Shown here: positions 24,257 through 37,615 of the stretch, piece by piece | Layout of the letters: every line of letters starts with the position of its first letter | Numbering within the stretch: the stretch's first letter is position 1 | Source of the DNA: Octopus bimaculoides | Lineage: Eukaryota | Assembly: GCF_001194135.2 (NCBI RefSeq) | Contig: NC_068984.1 | Span: 70,931,586 to 70,993,889, forward strand | Direction: 5' to 3' | Length of the DNA: 62,304 nt | Notes under the pieces: model-generated | Databases searched by the model: none | What the model was told of the DNA's origin: nothing | Seen by the model: only the letters and a program-made list of their open reading frames with translations | Program-made: the position numbers and the translations under genes

Positions 24257-25178
24257 ACACACATAATGTGCACATATGTACACTTGTGTATGTGTGTGTG
24301 TATATATATGTATATNNNNNNNNNNNNNNNNNNNNNNNTATATATATATATATATGTATATATAGTTGTATGTGTATATATATGTATATGTATATATATA
24401 TGTATGTATATATATATATATATGTATATATAGTTGTATGTGTATATATATGTATATGTATATATATATTCATATATATGTATGTTACTATTATATCTCT
24501 CTGTTTCCCCCTCTCGTTCTTCCTTCTGTTACTACTATATTTCTCTCTTCCTCTCTTTCTCTCATTGCTCACCTATTTTCTACTTCCTCCCTTTGTTTCT
24601 CCCTCTACCACTCTCTCTTCCTTACCCCTCGTGGTCACATGTGTCCACGTACTAATTCTTTTCTTCCTTGGCTCTCACCAAGCAAACACCCGAACTTACT
24701 TCGTCCCGCTTGTAGTTCGTTGCTTCACAGCGTTCCACATACACATAATTTTTCACGTCTGGCCGTATAGCCTTTTCCGTTTGTTTTCCAGTCTTATTTT
24801 CTTTTCTGTTTGTTTCCTGTCTTGTTTTCTGTCCACCATTACATTCCTCCATGGTACAGTTTCATTTGTGTATACAAATTTCATTTGTGATCCATGGGAA
24901 GAGCCATTTTAATGATGCGTCCTGCCCTACTCTTCGAAACGCCTGTGTTAGAATGTGGGTAGCTGATGAAGGAAAATGTTCTCTATGTGGCCTGTGTGTT
25001 CTGTACTCTGGTTATTATTACTTTTTGTCTACGTTTTCTTTGCAATGTCCTGTACCCAGATATGCACCTATATATACAGGTAGACGTAGGTATGCACATA
25101 CCTGTACGTATATATGCATATACTCATTTATTATTTGTTTTATATATATATGTATGTATATATATTTGTATGTGTGTA

Positions 25179-25225
<47 letters not shown>

Positions 25226-25235
25226 NNNNNNNNNN

Positions 25236-25680
25236 GACTGGTGTAGCAGCACCATAGTCAACTGCTACAAAGGTAAAGGTGACGCTTTAGATACTATTAA
25301 TTACAGAGATATCAAGCTGTTAGATCAGGTAATGAAAGTCACGGAGAGGTTCATAGCCCAACTAATTAGGGAGAGAGTCAGTTTAGGTTCATGCCAGAGA
25401 AAAGCACCTCTGATGCTATATTTCTAGTAAGACAGCTCTAGGAGAAATACCTAGCCAAAGATAAACCTCTGTACCTGGCTTTCTTTGACATGAGAAAGCC
25501 TTTGACAGTGTCCCCTGATCCCTTATCTGGTGGTCAGTGAGGAAACTAGGGATAGATGAATGGTTAGTGAGAGCTATGCAAGCCATGTGCAGGGACGCTG
25601 TCAGTAAGGTGAGGGTTGGCAACGAGCACAGTGAAGAATTCCAGGTAGAGGTAGGGGTCCACCAAGGTTCAGTCCTACAT
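25236..25680 (+). mobile_element. RTE LINE reverse-transcriptase core fragment
   Basis: Reads DWCSSTIVNCYKGKGDALDTINYRDIKLL...F(M)P..ST.DAIFLVRQL*EKYLAK...GVHQGSVL with frameshifts. Confidence 0.9.
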
Positions 25681-28341
25681 CTCCATAATATATATATATG
25701 TGAAAGAGAGAGAGAGAGAGCAAAATTGTTATAATTTGTTTAATTTGTTTATTGGTCTCGAATCTGTAGGTACCCCTGACTTTAAAGGACTTTATGATTA
25801 ATGTGACTGATGTTCACTCTAAACATTTTTATAAAGAACACAATGTATGAGACAAACACACAAAATTCCTCAATGTGGTCATCTGATTTGCAAGAATTTA
25901 TAACTAAATCTCTTCAAACCCCCTCCATATTCAGCAAAGGATGTATTGGAAGTGTACTTCTAAAAAAGTGTGATGACTATTACCAGAATGCATTTGATCA
26001 GAAATATGCTAAAACAAAGATGAATTGGAGCTAAAAGTATGAATGGAAAGGAAATGTTCAATAAGTACGCATCTGGGAAGAGATAATTGGGAATGTGAGA
26101 CGTGGTATAGAATGTGAAAAGTGGTGGAGCAGATATTTTGTGGGAGAAAAAGTCAGTGGTAGTATACATTTTCATACTTCCTAAGAGCAAATATTTTTGG
26201 AGCAGCAAGGCGCTGTTGTCTTTGTTACTGCAATCAAAGAAGAAAATGATGTTAAAAGTAATACGTCAATGAGGTAGTAATCGTAGCTAGAGTGGATTTA
26301 ACAACATTATAAGCTTCTCTGCCAAGCGATATATCGAAGCCCCTAATCTTTATTTATTGAGGGGAAACCAAGATATATAAAGATTAAATCCATTGGGCCT
26401 CTAGTGAACACAATAATCATGCATTCAGGTGTCGCATGTTCATGAATGTTCCATTACTTGTTTGCAGTCTCAAATATGCCATTACTTGAATGTATTCTCA
26501 AATTTTTATATATGGGTAGTTTCTAAGGATTCACTGTAATGCATTGGTACACCATGGGGTATATCTAGATTTTTAAAATAATATAAGCCTTCCAGAAATA
26601 ATGCATAAGTCTCTTGAAAAACATTCTATTCATGATTTTGTTATGCATAAATATGATAAATAAAACAAAGGAAGAAATCATTTTTCAATAATTTTACAAT
26701 ATTTTAAACTTTATATTATCATTATTTCAAAATCTTTCTAAGCAAAACGAATCAATAAAGTTTACTTTCTATACAAAGAGTACCAGTAACATTCTACTTG
26801 TTCTCTACAGTGCCATGAAGCTAAAAACATTGAGAGCATTTGACTTGCATAGTACAAACATCATCAGAAATGTGCAAATTGTACATCAACAAAGGTTTTA
26901 CTTAGCATTCTAGAGGTCAACGAGAGATAAAGTAATAAAGAAATATTTTCCAGCACTGTAGTTGAAGTACAGTCAGTGGTCCCCATATTTGGCAATTCTA
27001 AATATCTATACTTATTCTGAAGCATCATTAAATAATACTTTCCTTCAGCTTCCAGTTACCCTTGATCAACCAAACCTATGATGAAATTCATTCCAGATTT
27101 GACTAACCTGTCTTTTTGCATATCCAAAACTCATTTATCTAATGTGCTCTTTCTTTTTTCCATTTTATTTTCTAAGATTGAACTATGTGATTTGAAAGTA
27201 GGTTGATTTTGTTAACATGTCAACTGACAGTGCAGAGGTTCCTTCCATGACTTATTCATTAAATTTTGTAAGATTTCACATATGAAATGAAATTGAGGGT
27301 GTGTCTTTTGTTGTGAAAGTTCCTCTATAAGGGTAAATTAACAAACGGAATGATACAGTAGACTAATGATGCAACAAACAATAAGTCACTGAAATAATGT
27401 TGGTATAACAGTATATATTGGTATAACAGAATATGAAGGAACATAAATGGGCTGATATTTTGCATGGACATGGAGAATGTGCACACATTATTTAGCTCTA
27501 AACAGAGAAGCTTTGGCAAACTACTACGTCAGAACGATATGGTGTGTGAGTGCTATGGAGAGAATGTTTCTCAGAATCTGGGAACTAATTTAGATTTCTT
27601 TTTTCTCAAACCAAAGTAATTAGTTTGAAAGTTTTAAAATATTGCTTAAAGAAATTATTTTACTGACACTTCCTATTTATTTGAGTTTAATTACTGTTTC
27701 TTTTGGCACAATATATCTTATCTGGCAAATGAATTAAAGTTTTTTTTTTATTTAAGTAACACCCTGAATGTGATTTTTTAAAGAAAAAAGCAAACACCAG
27801 CTGTATGATATATTTTTCCTAGATATAGTGATAAGTTTGTTTGCACTTCTTGTGTGATTATTGGTAATGTTATTCTTATACACAGAAATGCAATAAATAA
27901 ACTCTATGGTTACAGAATTAACTATGCTAAATATTTTGTCTGAGCTAAACACTTAATTCTTCTTTGTCCCAGTTCATCTAGCTGACAGGGATAGATACTG
28001 AGTTTTGTAGAGAAACATTCTGTGTCTGACGATCTATGTATTGATACTTTTTATTATCAACAATCAGACAAAATGTTGAGGTTATTTTTTGCTGTGCAGG
28101 TAAATAAATTTTATTCTTTAATGCCTTTTATTTCAGTGAATAAAATTATCACTAATAATGTCTGTCGTAATTTCGACTGCTGGATTGAATTGTCTAGAAG
28201 TGATCAATTCTGGATAAAAGGACTGAGAGAATTTTTAGGTAAAGAATTTGACTGGTGAGACACAGTATGAAAGGAGAAGTATGTGGTATGTGCATGTTAG
28301 TGGTACATAGTCTTCTAGTTCAGGGAAGCTAGTGCTATAAA

Positions 28342-28500
28342 CCCTTTTGCATTTAAACCGGTTATATACTGCCCAAATATTCTATCTGGCCTCTCACACA
28401 TACCTGACAATGTCATTCTAAAAATATACAATAACATCATCGAAATCTCAAAGCCACAAGATAATGCATGATTAAATTTAAAACAATGTGGATAGTGAAT
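28342..28500 (+). mobile_element. piggyBac-type MITE fragment (left part)
   Basis: Starts (t)aaacccttttgcattt and is homologous to 42050-42225. Confidence 0.5.
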
Positions 28501-29324
28501 CAATATACAGTGTGTCAGTCAGAGAGTTGTGGTATTGTGCTGATGACAGAAATTTTGCTAATCAACAGAATCAGCAGGTTATTGTACATTTATATATTTA
28601 TTCATTTATTCCTTTATTTATTTATTTACTCATTTTGTAATATGGTCATCTGTTGTGATGTAGTCTAGGATAGTGTTGTGTGTTGACAATGTTTCAGAGT
28701 ATGTAGTCCATAACAGTAATGTGAGAATTATTTGTGTATAGTGTATGATCTCTCTATGTTCAGCTGTGCTATGTTACTCACAACCAGTTCTTAGACTTCA
28801 TTTGATTGTTAATTGCTCTCAGTAAGAGAGCTGAAAAGTAAAGAGGGGAAAAATATTCAGTACATGAAAATAAAGGTAAAATAAGATCTAAGTATAGTAA
28901 ATCAACAAAAATGTACTGCAGTATGCTGATTTTCCTCTCAAATGTATTCCACTCAAAAATTACAGAAATTAATTATTGCTGTGTATTGTATGTTTCAAAG
29001 AAATTCTTTTAACAACGCAACATCATAAAACTATACTTAATCCTTCCAAACACCACAAGTTCAACACTTATCTAAAGTCACATCAATATAGAAAAAATAA
29101 TTTCCATCCAAAATCACACCTCATGTCACTAATAATATTATACGTTAATACAATATTAAATAGTAACTTAATCTAGAACAGTCATGGTCATACTGAAGCC
29201 AGTGAAACTTTCTGAATGGTATGCCTACCTAAAAAAATTAACTTGAAATGTTTTTGGTAGTGTGACTTGCTTGATTATAGAAAAATGATTTCCTACGCTT
29301 GATCTAGAATCACAAATTTGAAAT

Positions 29325-29520
29325 ATTGGTTTCAAACTTTGGCACAAGACCAGCTATTTCAAGGAGGGCTTAAGTTGATTACATCAGCCCAATACTCAAC
29401 TGGTACTTATTCTATCGACAACCAGAAGGATGATAGGCAATGTCGACCATGATAGAATTTGAACTCTGAGTCTAAAGATGGACAAAATATTGCAAAGCAT
29501 TCTGCTCAGTGTGCTAATGA
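29325..29520 (-). mobile_element. tRNA-derived SINE, family A
   Basis: Family core (caactggtacttattctatcgac..aggatgataggcaatgtcgacc..atttgaactctg). Confidence 0.65.
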
Positions 29521-29909
29521 ACAAACTCAATAAATTGTAAGTAAATTAAATTCTTCAGCCTATGACATCTGAGATATTTGGAGGAGTTGGGCTGCAAACC
29601 ACAAAATTCATTACTGTCTCATCTAATGAAAATATCAGATGATACTTGAGAGGACACGCATGGAAATTCCAGCATTTAAAACCCACAAAAGTTCACAGTG
29701 TAGCTGCAAGTATCTTGGCCTGCTCTCATTGATGAAGAAAAGATTTTTATACCTGCATTTAGATTTTAATGCAGATATCAAATACAAATATCAGGCATAT
29801 AAAAATTACAATTTGATATAAAACAATGACCCTAGTATCATTGTAATGAAATGCAATGTAAAAATTGTAACTTAACCTAGAATCATGAACTCTCATTATA
29901 GTGAAAATA

Positions 29910-30190
29910 GTGTTATCATCATCATCATTGTCATCATCATCATCTTCATCGTCATCGTCATCATCATCATCATCTTCATCGTCATCGTCATCATCATCAT
30001 CATCGCTATCATCACCACCACCGCCACCGCCGCTGCCACTGCTGCCACTGTTGCCACAATCATGACCATCACCACTGCCACAACCACATCACCACCACCA
30101 TGCCGCCACCGCTGCCATCACAACCACCAACGCCGACGCCACCACTGTCACCACCATCACCACCTCCACAACCATCATCATTGTCGTTCA
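29910..30190. repeat. Degenerate ATC/ACC/GCC trinucleotide mosaic
   Basis: Low-complexity phase-locked trinucleotides. Similar tracts lie at 17200-17370 and 58290-58550. Confidence 0.9.
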
Positions 30191-30572
30191 TCATGTGTTG
30201 TTAAGACGAGCTGGAGAGATAAATATTATCAATACAAGGTGTCAGAATATAACCTCAAGTGACAAGAAAACAAGTACAAGAGAGAATGGGGGGAGAGATA
30301 ACTTTGAATGCTGGATGGGTGATAAAGTATATGGATGTGTGAAAGGAAGGTTTTAATTTCAAATCACAGTAACTGTAGCAAAAAAAAAAAAAAACCAGAA
30401 ATATTTTTGCGTCAATGTTTTAAAATAATTTGCTATTTAGTATTATTCATAAACAAGATAAATCACTCGATGCCAAAGAGAAAAGAATTTGTTGTGTCAT
30501 AAAGTTTTGAACAGAAGGGAAGTGAATTGCTTGTAACCAGTCAGTTGGGAGACTCAACCATTTTTTATCTAG

Positions 30573-30768
30573 GGAGTGGTTGGCCTACACTCTCGGAGTG
30601 GTTGGTCTACACTCTCGGAGTGGTTGGCGTTAGGAAGGGCATCCAGCTGTAGAAACTCTGCCAAATCAGATTGGAGCCTGGTGTCGCCTCCTGGTCCACC
30701 AGTCCTCAGTCAAATCATCCAACCCATGCTAGCATGGAAAGCAGACGTTAAACGACAATGATGATGAT
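30573..30768 (+). mobile_element. RTE 3'-tail copy with a 22-bp tandem repeat at its 5' end
   Basis: ctacactctcggagtggttgg is repeated, followed by the standard tail. Confidence 0.85.
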
Positions 30769-33700
30769 GAACCCTTTTGATTCTCATTTTACTTGGATGG
30801 ATCTTCCTAGACATTTGATGATTTAAAGGATCTCAATATACTTTAGAATTTTAACAGTAAAATCTTATAAGGACCCCAAGGCCCATACGGATTCAAGTTG
30901 GGGCCCACTGCTCTAAATGGATTGATATGAGAATTGACATGAGAATTTCAGGTTATACAAACTTTTGCATTGTAAGCTGTCACTATTTAATTAACCTGTT
31001 CAAACCAGCATCCTGGACTACAAAGTTACTGGCTTATCAAATCCTTTACCATACTACTGAATTGGAGAGAAATTTGAAACTCCCAACATGTTATAGCTTC
31101 TTCCCATCATTCTCCATTAGAACACTCAATTCAGATTTGGGCACTTGATTCGTTTCCTACTCTCATGATTAGATCCATTTAAATATGTACTGTATATATT
31201 GCCCAAACTTTTCAATCAACTGATCTGATTGGATTCATCTCTCTTGTTTGTTATGTTTTAGATTTTAGAAATACCGAGGAGTTGTTATCTACTAACTGAA
31301 CTCTTTGAGTGTGACTTTAATTTTCATCCAACTTTTCTTTTGTTTATTGTAATTGTGGAAATCTAGAGGAAATATCAGTGCCTATGCCCTTTGCAGGCCC
31401 TTCTAGATCAATGAGATTTATGTCCCTTAAAACTTCCTTAGTTGACACTTGTAAGAAAGACAATAAGCAGAGAGGAAATTTTAGAGGGATGAAATATGTG
31501 AAGGATGGACCGAATATGATAATTAATGCAGGGGCTGGGTGTGATGGTAAACAAGTGTAGCAAAGTCGATTCAGTTGATTATATAAGTCTTCTTGGCAGA
31601 TTGAGGAATGTGACATCACTTACTTGCATTGGTTTCTTTGTATCTTAACATAAAAATCAAACCAAATCTACCTGCACCATAAAAATCCACAGTCATTATT
31701 CATGGAAGGCCTGGAAAGAAATTAACAGTTGTTATTGTCAGTAATATTAATATAGCAAAACAGAATCTAAAATCCTAGTATTTAGTAATATGCCAGTGTT
31801 AATAATAATAAATATTCTTCCTTTACTAAATTTGTCTTCGTACATATTCAGATAAAAAAATCAATATTACCATTATATTTTAAATTATGTTAGCTAATAG
31901 TTATGTTCAACTAGCTGAAGCAGTATTTTTCAAACTTTTATGATGTTTGATAAATTCTTAATGCTAAATGAAAGAAATTGTCGTTATTTGTATGAATGTA
32001 TTATGACTTCCTATCATAGAGCACTAAGAAATACACTCTCCAGAGAACATTAAGAAAGCTGTCGCTGTCTCACATTATACAAATGCAATTCTTTGAAAAC
32101 TCAAGTGAGTAATAGGATTATCTCTAAGTATTATCATATCATTTTATTTCAGACTAGAAACATTTATATTTTAATATGATGTAATGGGAATAATCAATTG
32201 TCAAGCAGTACTATTATTTTAGTTATGTAACATTTTAAATTGATATCAATGTTAAACTTACTAAGTATTGCAATAGTTAATATCACAATATATATTCAGG
32301 TTGGATCAAAAGATGGCCTACACATAATGCAGATAAATTATAGATGGAAACCATAGAACAATATTTTGATAATTTCTACACCATACAACATATTTTTATG
32401 GTTTGGTGAAACAGAAGCAAAGGATGTGTAGGGAAAAGATATTGGTGGAGAGGAAGAAGCACCTATAATCAGTCCAAGTTGGTAGGTTAAAGAAGGTAAG
32501 AAACTATGATCTGTGACTTACTGCAGTTGGAAACAGTGCCTCATAGTATCAAATTATTTGCAGAAGAAAGATCTGGTTTAAACAATCACAGTACTTCTCT
32601 AAAGATAAAACTTGATTAAGATTCAGTTTATTCATTCTAATACAGGATCAACAGCTGCTCTGTTGCAATTTGGATTCCCTTTAGAATCTTTCCATGTTCA
32701 GCATATATAATTCAGAATATGATTTGTTCTTGCTTTACCCCAGATTAGTAATGATCAAACATATCTATGATAGGGCTATTCAGGCATAATTTTCTTGTCT
32801 TTTTTGTAGACAAAGTGTTTCTTGAGTTTCATAATCCAATGTATTTTTTCTTTTAAAAGAGGGCAAGGTGTCATTTCTGAGAGATTTAGTTGCTATAACT
32901 AGCGGGTAAAGCAATCTCATTCACTCTCTTATTATGTCCTGAAAGCACATAGTTCAGTGGCTAGAGTGTTGGGCTCACAATCATGAGGTAGTGAGTACGA
33001 CTCCTTGACTGGGCCGTGTGTTGCATTCTTGAGCAAGACAGTTTATTTCACATTGCTCTAGTTCACCCATCTGTAGAGTGAAAAAGTATGATGGTAGCCA
33101 GAATTTCACTAAAAATTTGTTGACTTGCAAATCCAAGAATAAAATTATCTTCAAAATCTTACGTCTCTCTGCTAGTTTTGTGTATTTGTCAATATCTACT
33201 TTGCATATATGATGTGGTTTTATATTGAGGAACAACCCTTGGTTTCAATGCTAGAACGTAGAATATTGAAGCTGTGTATCTTATTGATGAATCCATGGCT
33301 ACTCAGTCAGTTTTGGTGTATAGATTGTCTTGAGGACAACAGAAGAGAACTTCAAGTGTGAAAGCCAAGAAAGAAATTTTAAGTATGTTTTGTTCGCATA
33401 TTGGTTGCTTAGTAGGTTGTAAAGACTTGTGGACCTGTGGCTATGATTTTGCATTCATGATCTTCAGGTCATTGTTTTGATCCCTGCAAATGTCAGTAAG
33501 TTGTTTCCTTCAGAAATGTACTTCATCACCTGTTGCTCCAATCTACTCAGCTGGAAAAGAGCACTAGCACAGTGTTGATGTAAACATCTATCTCTCCAGC
33601 AGTCACAATGGTGATGTTTCCCTGGGTGAAGTGTAGGAGAGCTGAAAGAGTACCTATGTCTACTTGAAACTACATAGACACCTAAAACAGATTGCAAAAG

Positions 33701-33840
33701 CATAGAGGCACCGAGTCATACTCACTTGCAACTAATAGTCATGACTTTTATTAATTAAGTTTGTTTATAAATCTAATCTAATATTATAGATATAGTTTCA
33801 GTTGTAAGAATATTGGTAATGAGTTTTTCTATGTTTCTTT

Positions 33841-34064
33841 TATTTCTTTTACTTGTTTCAGTTATTAGAATATGGCCATACTAGAGCACCACTTTGAAGA
33901 ATCCTTAGTCAAAAGAATTGACTCCAGTACTTTACTTTTAAACCTAGTACTTATTATATTGATCTCACTTGGTGAACCACTAAGTTATGGGGATGTAAGC
34001 ATATCAACACAAGTTGTCAAGTGGTGGTGGAAGTGGGAACAAACACAAACACAAAGATACACAT

Positions 34065-34113
<49 letters not shown>

Positions 34114-34360
34114 TATATACGATGGGCTTCTTTCAGTTTCTGTCTACNNNNNNNNNNACACACACACACACACACACACACATACATATATACGATGGGC
34201 TTCTTTCAGTTTCTGTCTACCAAATCCACTCACAAGGCTTTGGTCAGCCCATAGCTATAGTAGAAGACACTTGTTCAAGGTTCCACACTGTGGGATTGAA
34301 CCCAAAACCATGTGGTTGAGAAACCCGTGCATATTCTCATAATTACCATCATGCTTGTAG
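33841..34360 (-). mobile_element. tRNA-derived SINE, family B, with internal (CA)n
   Basis: Same organisation as 19075-19471. A segment is duplicated across the 10-N gap. Confidence 0.8.
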
Positions 34361-34408
34361 AATTCTGATGCATTTGTCTGATGAATGTATACTAAATATC
34401 GTTAATGC

Positions 34409-34622
34409 AAGGTGGTGAGCAGGCAGAAATAAGCATACTGGGCGAAATGCTTAGCACTATTTCATCTGTCTTTACGTTTTGAGTTCAAATTCTGCTGAGG
34501 TCAGCTTTGCCTTTCATCATTTCAGAGTTGATAAATTAAGTACCAGTTGCATACTGGGATCGATTTCATCGACTGATTCCCTCCCTAAAAATTTCAGGCC
34601 TTGTACCCAGAGTAGAAAAGAA
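34409..34622 (+). mobile_element. tRNA-derived SINE, family A
   Basis: A/B-box-like head ggtggtgagcaggcagaaataagcatactgggcgaaatgcttagc...gagttcaaattc, followed by the family core. Confidence 0.8.
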
Positions 34623-36226
34623 TATATCTCTTTGATGCATATTGCTTTATCGTTCTCTTTAATAATTTACTTTTCCTGTAAATCAATGTAGGTTAGGGGC
34701 GCTTATTGCATTCATGAGTTTCTGTAGTCCAGCAAATTTATATTAGTTTAAACCATCTTTCTATGTATTGGAAAGGAAGAGATTATCTTTAAGTGTTTAT
34801 AGCAATAATTAATTTGTTGAGTTAAATTTTCACTTGTGCAATATTATTTTTGCAATAAACCAAACTAAATTTTAAAGAATGATAAAGGAAATAAGGAAAA
34901 TATTAATAAAAATTATTAGACTTGAATACTGTTGTCTCTTCAATGTAACATTTCATGGGAAATTTCTTGAAAGTAATTTTTTGCATTTAAAGAATCTTGA
35001 TAAAAACCCTTAAAGCAACAAAAAGTAAAAGAAAAATACAACAACAAAAAATGATTAGCAAGTTTGACTTGCAGGCGTGAATGAATAGCAAGCATTTTAA
35101 AGGGAAGAAAAAAAATCTCAAATAAAAATAGCAGAAAAGAATTTTAAAAATTCTATGTAACATCCTCAGGATATTTATTTGTTGTAATTTAATAGAATTT
35201 CTGGAAACTAAATACAAATGTATTTTTAAATATGCATTAAAAATATATTTAAACTATAAATTTTAATTATAGGGAACTGTGTCAAGACTTGCCCAAGATG
35301 ACAATAAAGTCTCTTGTATGAATGCTAGCTAAAAGCAAAAGTAAAATAAAAGAGGTGATGTTTGGGAAGCATAACTAACTTCTATTTAGGATTTGATGCC
35401 TGTTTTTATTCCTTATAAAAAGAAAACTAAATAAATAAAAACACAATATAATAGAAACAAGAGGTTGATAAATACAATCTTATTATCAGGATATGCATTT
35501 TAATACTAAAAACAGAACAAAAATAACGTGCTATGTGACTTTAGAAAATATTACATTATTCTTTTTCATAAAGTAATCAGCAATATATTTTCATGAATAG
35601 CTTGTATTTTTAATGACATTTTATTCAAAATCTGCCAATCTTTAGCTGTCAGTTACTCAATCCCTATCTATAACTCACATGCACTTTGTTATACTCAGAG
35701 AGATAGAGTATGTTTTAAGAATAAAGAAGGATGAGTCAATTCAATATTGTCTATGATTTAAAAGTCCAAGGACAATTTAGAGTAGAAACAATACAAAAGA
35801 CTAATCAGCAGAGATGGTCACAATTTCAATATGCAGACAAAATCGAAAAGTCGACAATTTTAAATACATGAACACTTACATGAATATAGAGGCTTTATTA
35901 TGATTATGTATGTTTCTGTGTGTTGGGTGTGTGCATGTGTGTGTGTAAGTATATATATATATATATAAAAGTTATGAAGGGTATTGGAGTCAACCAAACC
36001 CTAAAGATACTGGTAATACCAAGTAAGTGCTGTATACCGACTAGTTTTGCCCCTGACGTTGTTGCAACATGAATGGGGAATATAACATGGGTCGTGTATT
36101 AGCGTGTGTATATATAAAAAAGAATAAGATAAAGAGACCAATGGTATAAGTATAATTATATTTTATTTTATTTTATATTTTATAATTTTATAATTCTACT
36201 TATGCCATTGATCTATTTATCTTATT

Positions 36227-36270
<44 letters not shown>

Positions 36271-36303
36271 ATATGTAAATGCACACACACATGCACACAC
36301 ATA

Positions 36304-37001
36304 CTGGGCGAGGCACAGAGGATGCGAAAATTCACAAAATCATTAATTTTAACTACAAACAAATTTTATTAACATCAATGTATTCGTATTGAATTAGCAT
36401 TTGTCAAAATTAAGTGTGGAAAACAATATCCATCATGTGGTATCTGTTTTCATTGATGCATTTCTGAAGGTGTTCTTGGAAGTTGGCCTCCACTCTCTCC
36501 AGCATTGCTCTGCTCATAGTCCTATGCTTTCAACAGTAGCCCAATGACCAATTTGTACGGGTGAAAATGCAGGTCTTCATGCAAAATATGCCTTACCTAT
36601 CGATTACCAATGCCAAGTTCAGTGGAATGCCTCCAAGCAGAGCGATTCCGACTCTGTGTCAAAGTTTGTCTGACATGTTCCACATTTTCAGGGGTCTGTA
36701 CCGTTCGTGGTACCCCACTAGTTTCCTATTCATTAGTGTGCCTTCACCCAAAGTAAGATTGTGCTATGGGTAGGAACAGCCTGATTTCAGTGAATGTTGA
36801 AGTGGCACCAAAATTCACGCTGAACTGCTGTGACAGACTCGTTATTCTTCATGTAATTGTTGTAGGCAAACATGCAATTCTCTATCGTCCACAGCGTCAT
36901 GGCTTAACCTGAAGAGAAAAGAAAATGCTAAGACACTAAGGACCGAATGGTACCTGTCAGACATATGTCCCTCCCACTGCTATCCTCTCTGCTCCACCCT
37001 G
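36304..37001 (-). mobile_element. Internally deleted Tc1/mariner element with DUF4817-like HTH (rosa- or maT-like)
   Basis: TA-flanked imperfect TIRs (ta-ctgggcgaggca and ta-cagggtggagca). The minus strand reads MTLWTIENCMFAYNNYMKNNESVTAVQREFW...PRTVQTPENVEHVRQ..SAWRHSTELG..ILHEDLHFHPYKL, joined to the C-terminus MLERVEANFQEHLQKCINENRYH. Confidence 0.8.
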
Positions 37002-37008
37002 TATGTAT

Positions 37009-37044
<36 letters not shown>

Positions 37045-37559
37045 NNNNNNNNNNNNNNNNNNNNNNNNNNNNNNNNNNNNNNNNNNNNNNNNNNNNNNNN
37101 NNNNNNNNNNNNNNNNNNNNNNNNNNNNNNNNNNNNNNNNNNNNNNNNNNNNNNNNNNNNNNNNNNNNNNNNNNNNNNNNNNNNNNNNNNNNNNNNNNNN
37201 NNNNNNNNNNNNNNNNNNNNNNNNNNNNNNNNNNNNNNNNNNNNNNNNNNNNNNNNNNNNNNNNNNNNNNNNNNNNNNNNNNNNNNNNNNNNNNNNNNNN
37301 NNNNNNNNNNNNNNNNNNNNNNNNNNNNNNNNNNNNNNNNNNNNNNNNNNNNNNNNNNNNNNNNNNNNNNNNNNNNNNNNNNNNNNNNNNNNNNNNNNNN
37401 NNNNNNNNNNNNNNNNNNNNNNNNNNNNNNNNNNNNNNNNNNNNNNNNNNNNNNNNNNNNNNNNNNNNNNNNNNNNNNNNNNNNNNNNNNNNNNNNNNNN
37501 NNNNNNNNNNNNNNNNNNNNNNNNNNNNNNNNNNNNNNNNNNNNNNNNNNNNNNNNNNN

Positions 37560-37615
<56 letters not shown>

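Noticed and set aside
27432-27590. Protein-like strings MKEHKWADILHGHGECAH and ALNREALANYYVRTIWC
   Set aside because: They lie in different frames, the acceptor is weak, and I recognise no homology.
28100-28136. 37-nt GT..AG mini-intron
   Set aside because: It is too short for a likely intron here, and splicing it would shift the open frame.
31344-31619. Possible CR1/L2 linker relic on the minus strand
   Set aside because: The similarity is too weak to call by eye.
34060-34210. Duplicated SINE segment on either side of a 10-N gap
   Set aside because: Identical sequence flanking a tiny gap indicates an unmerged contig overlap.
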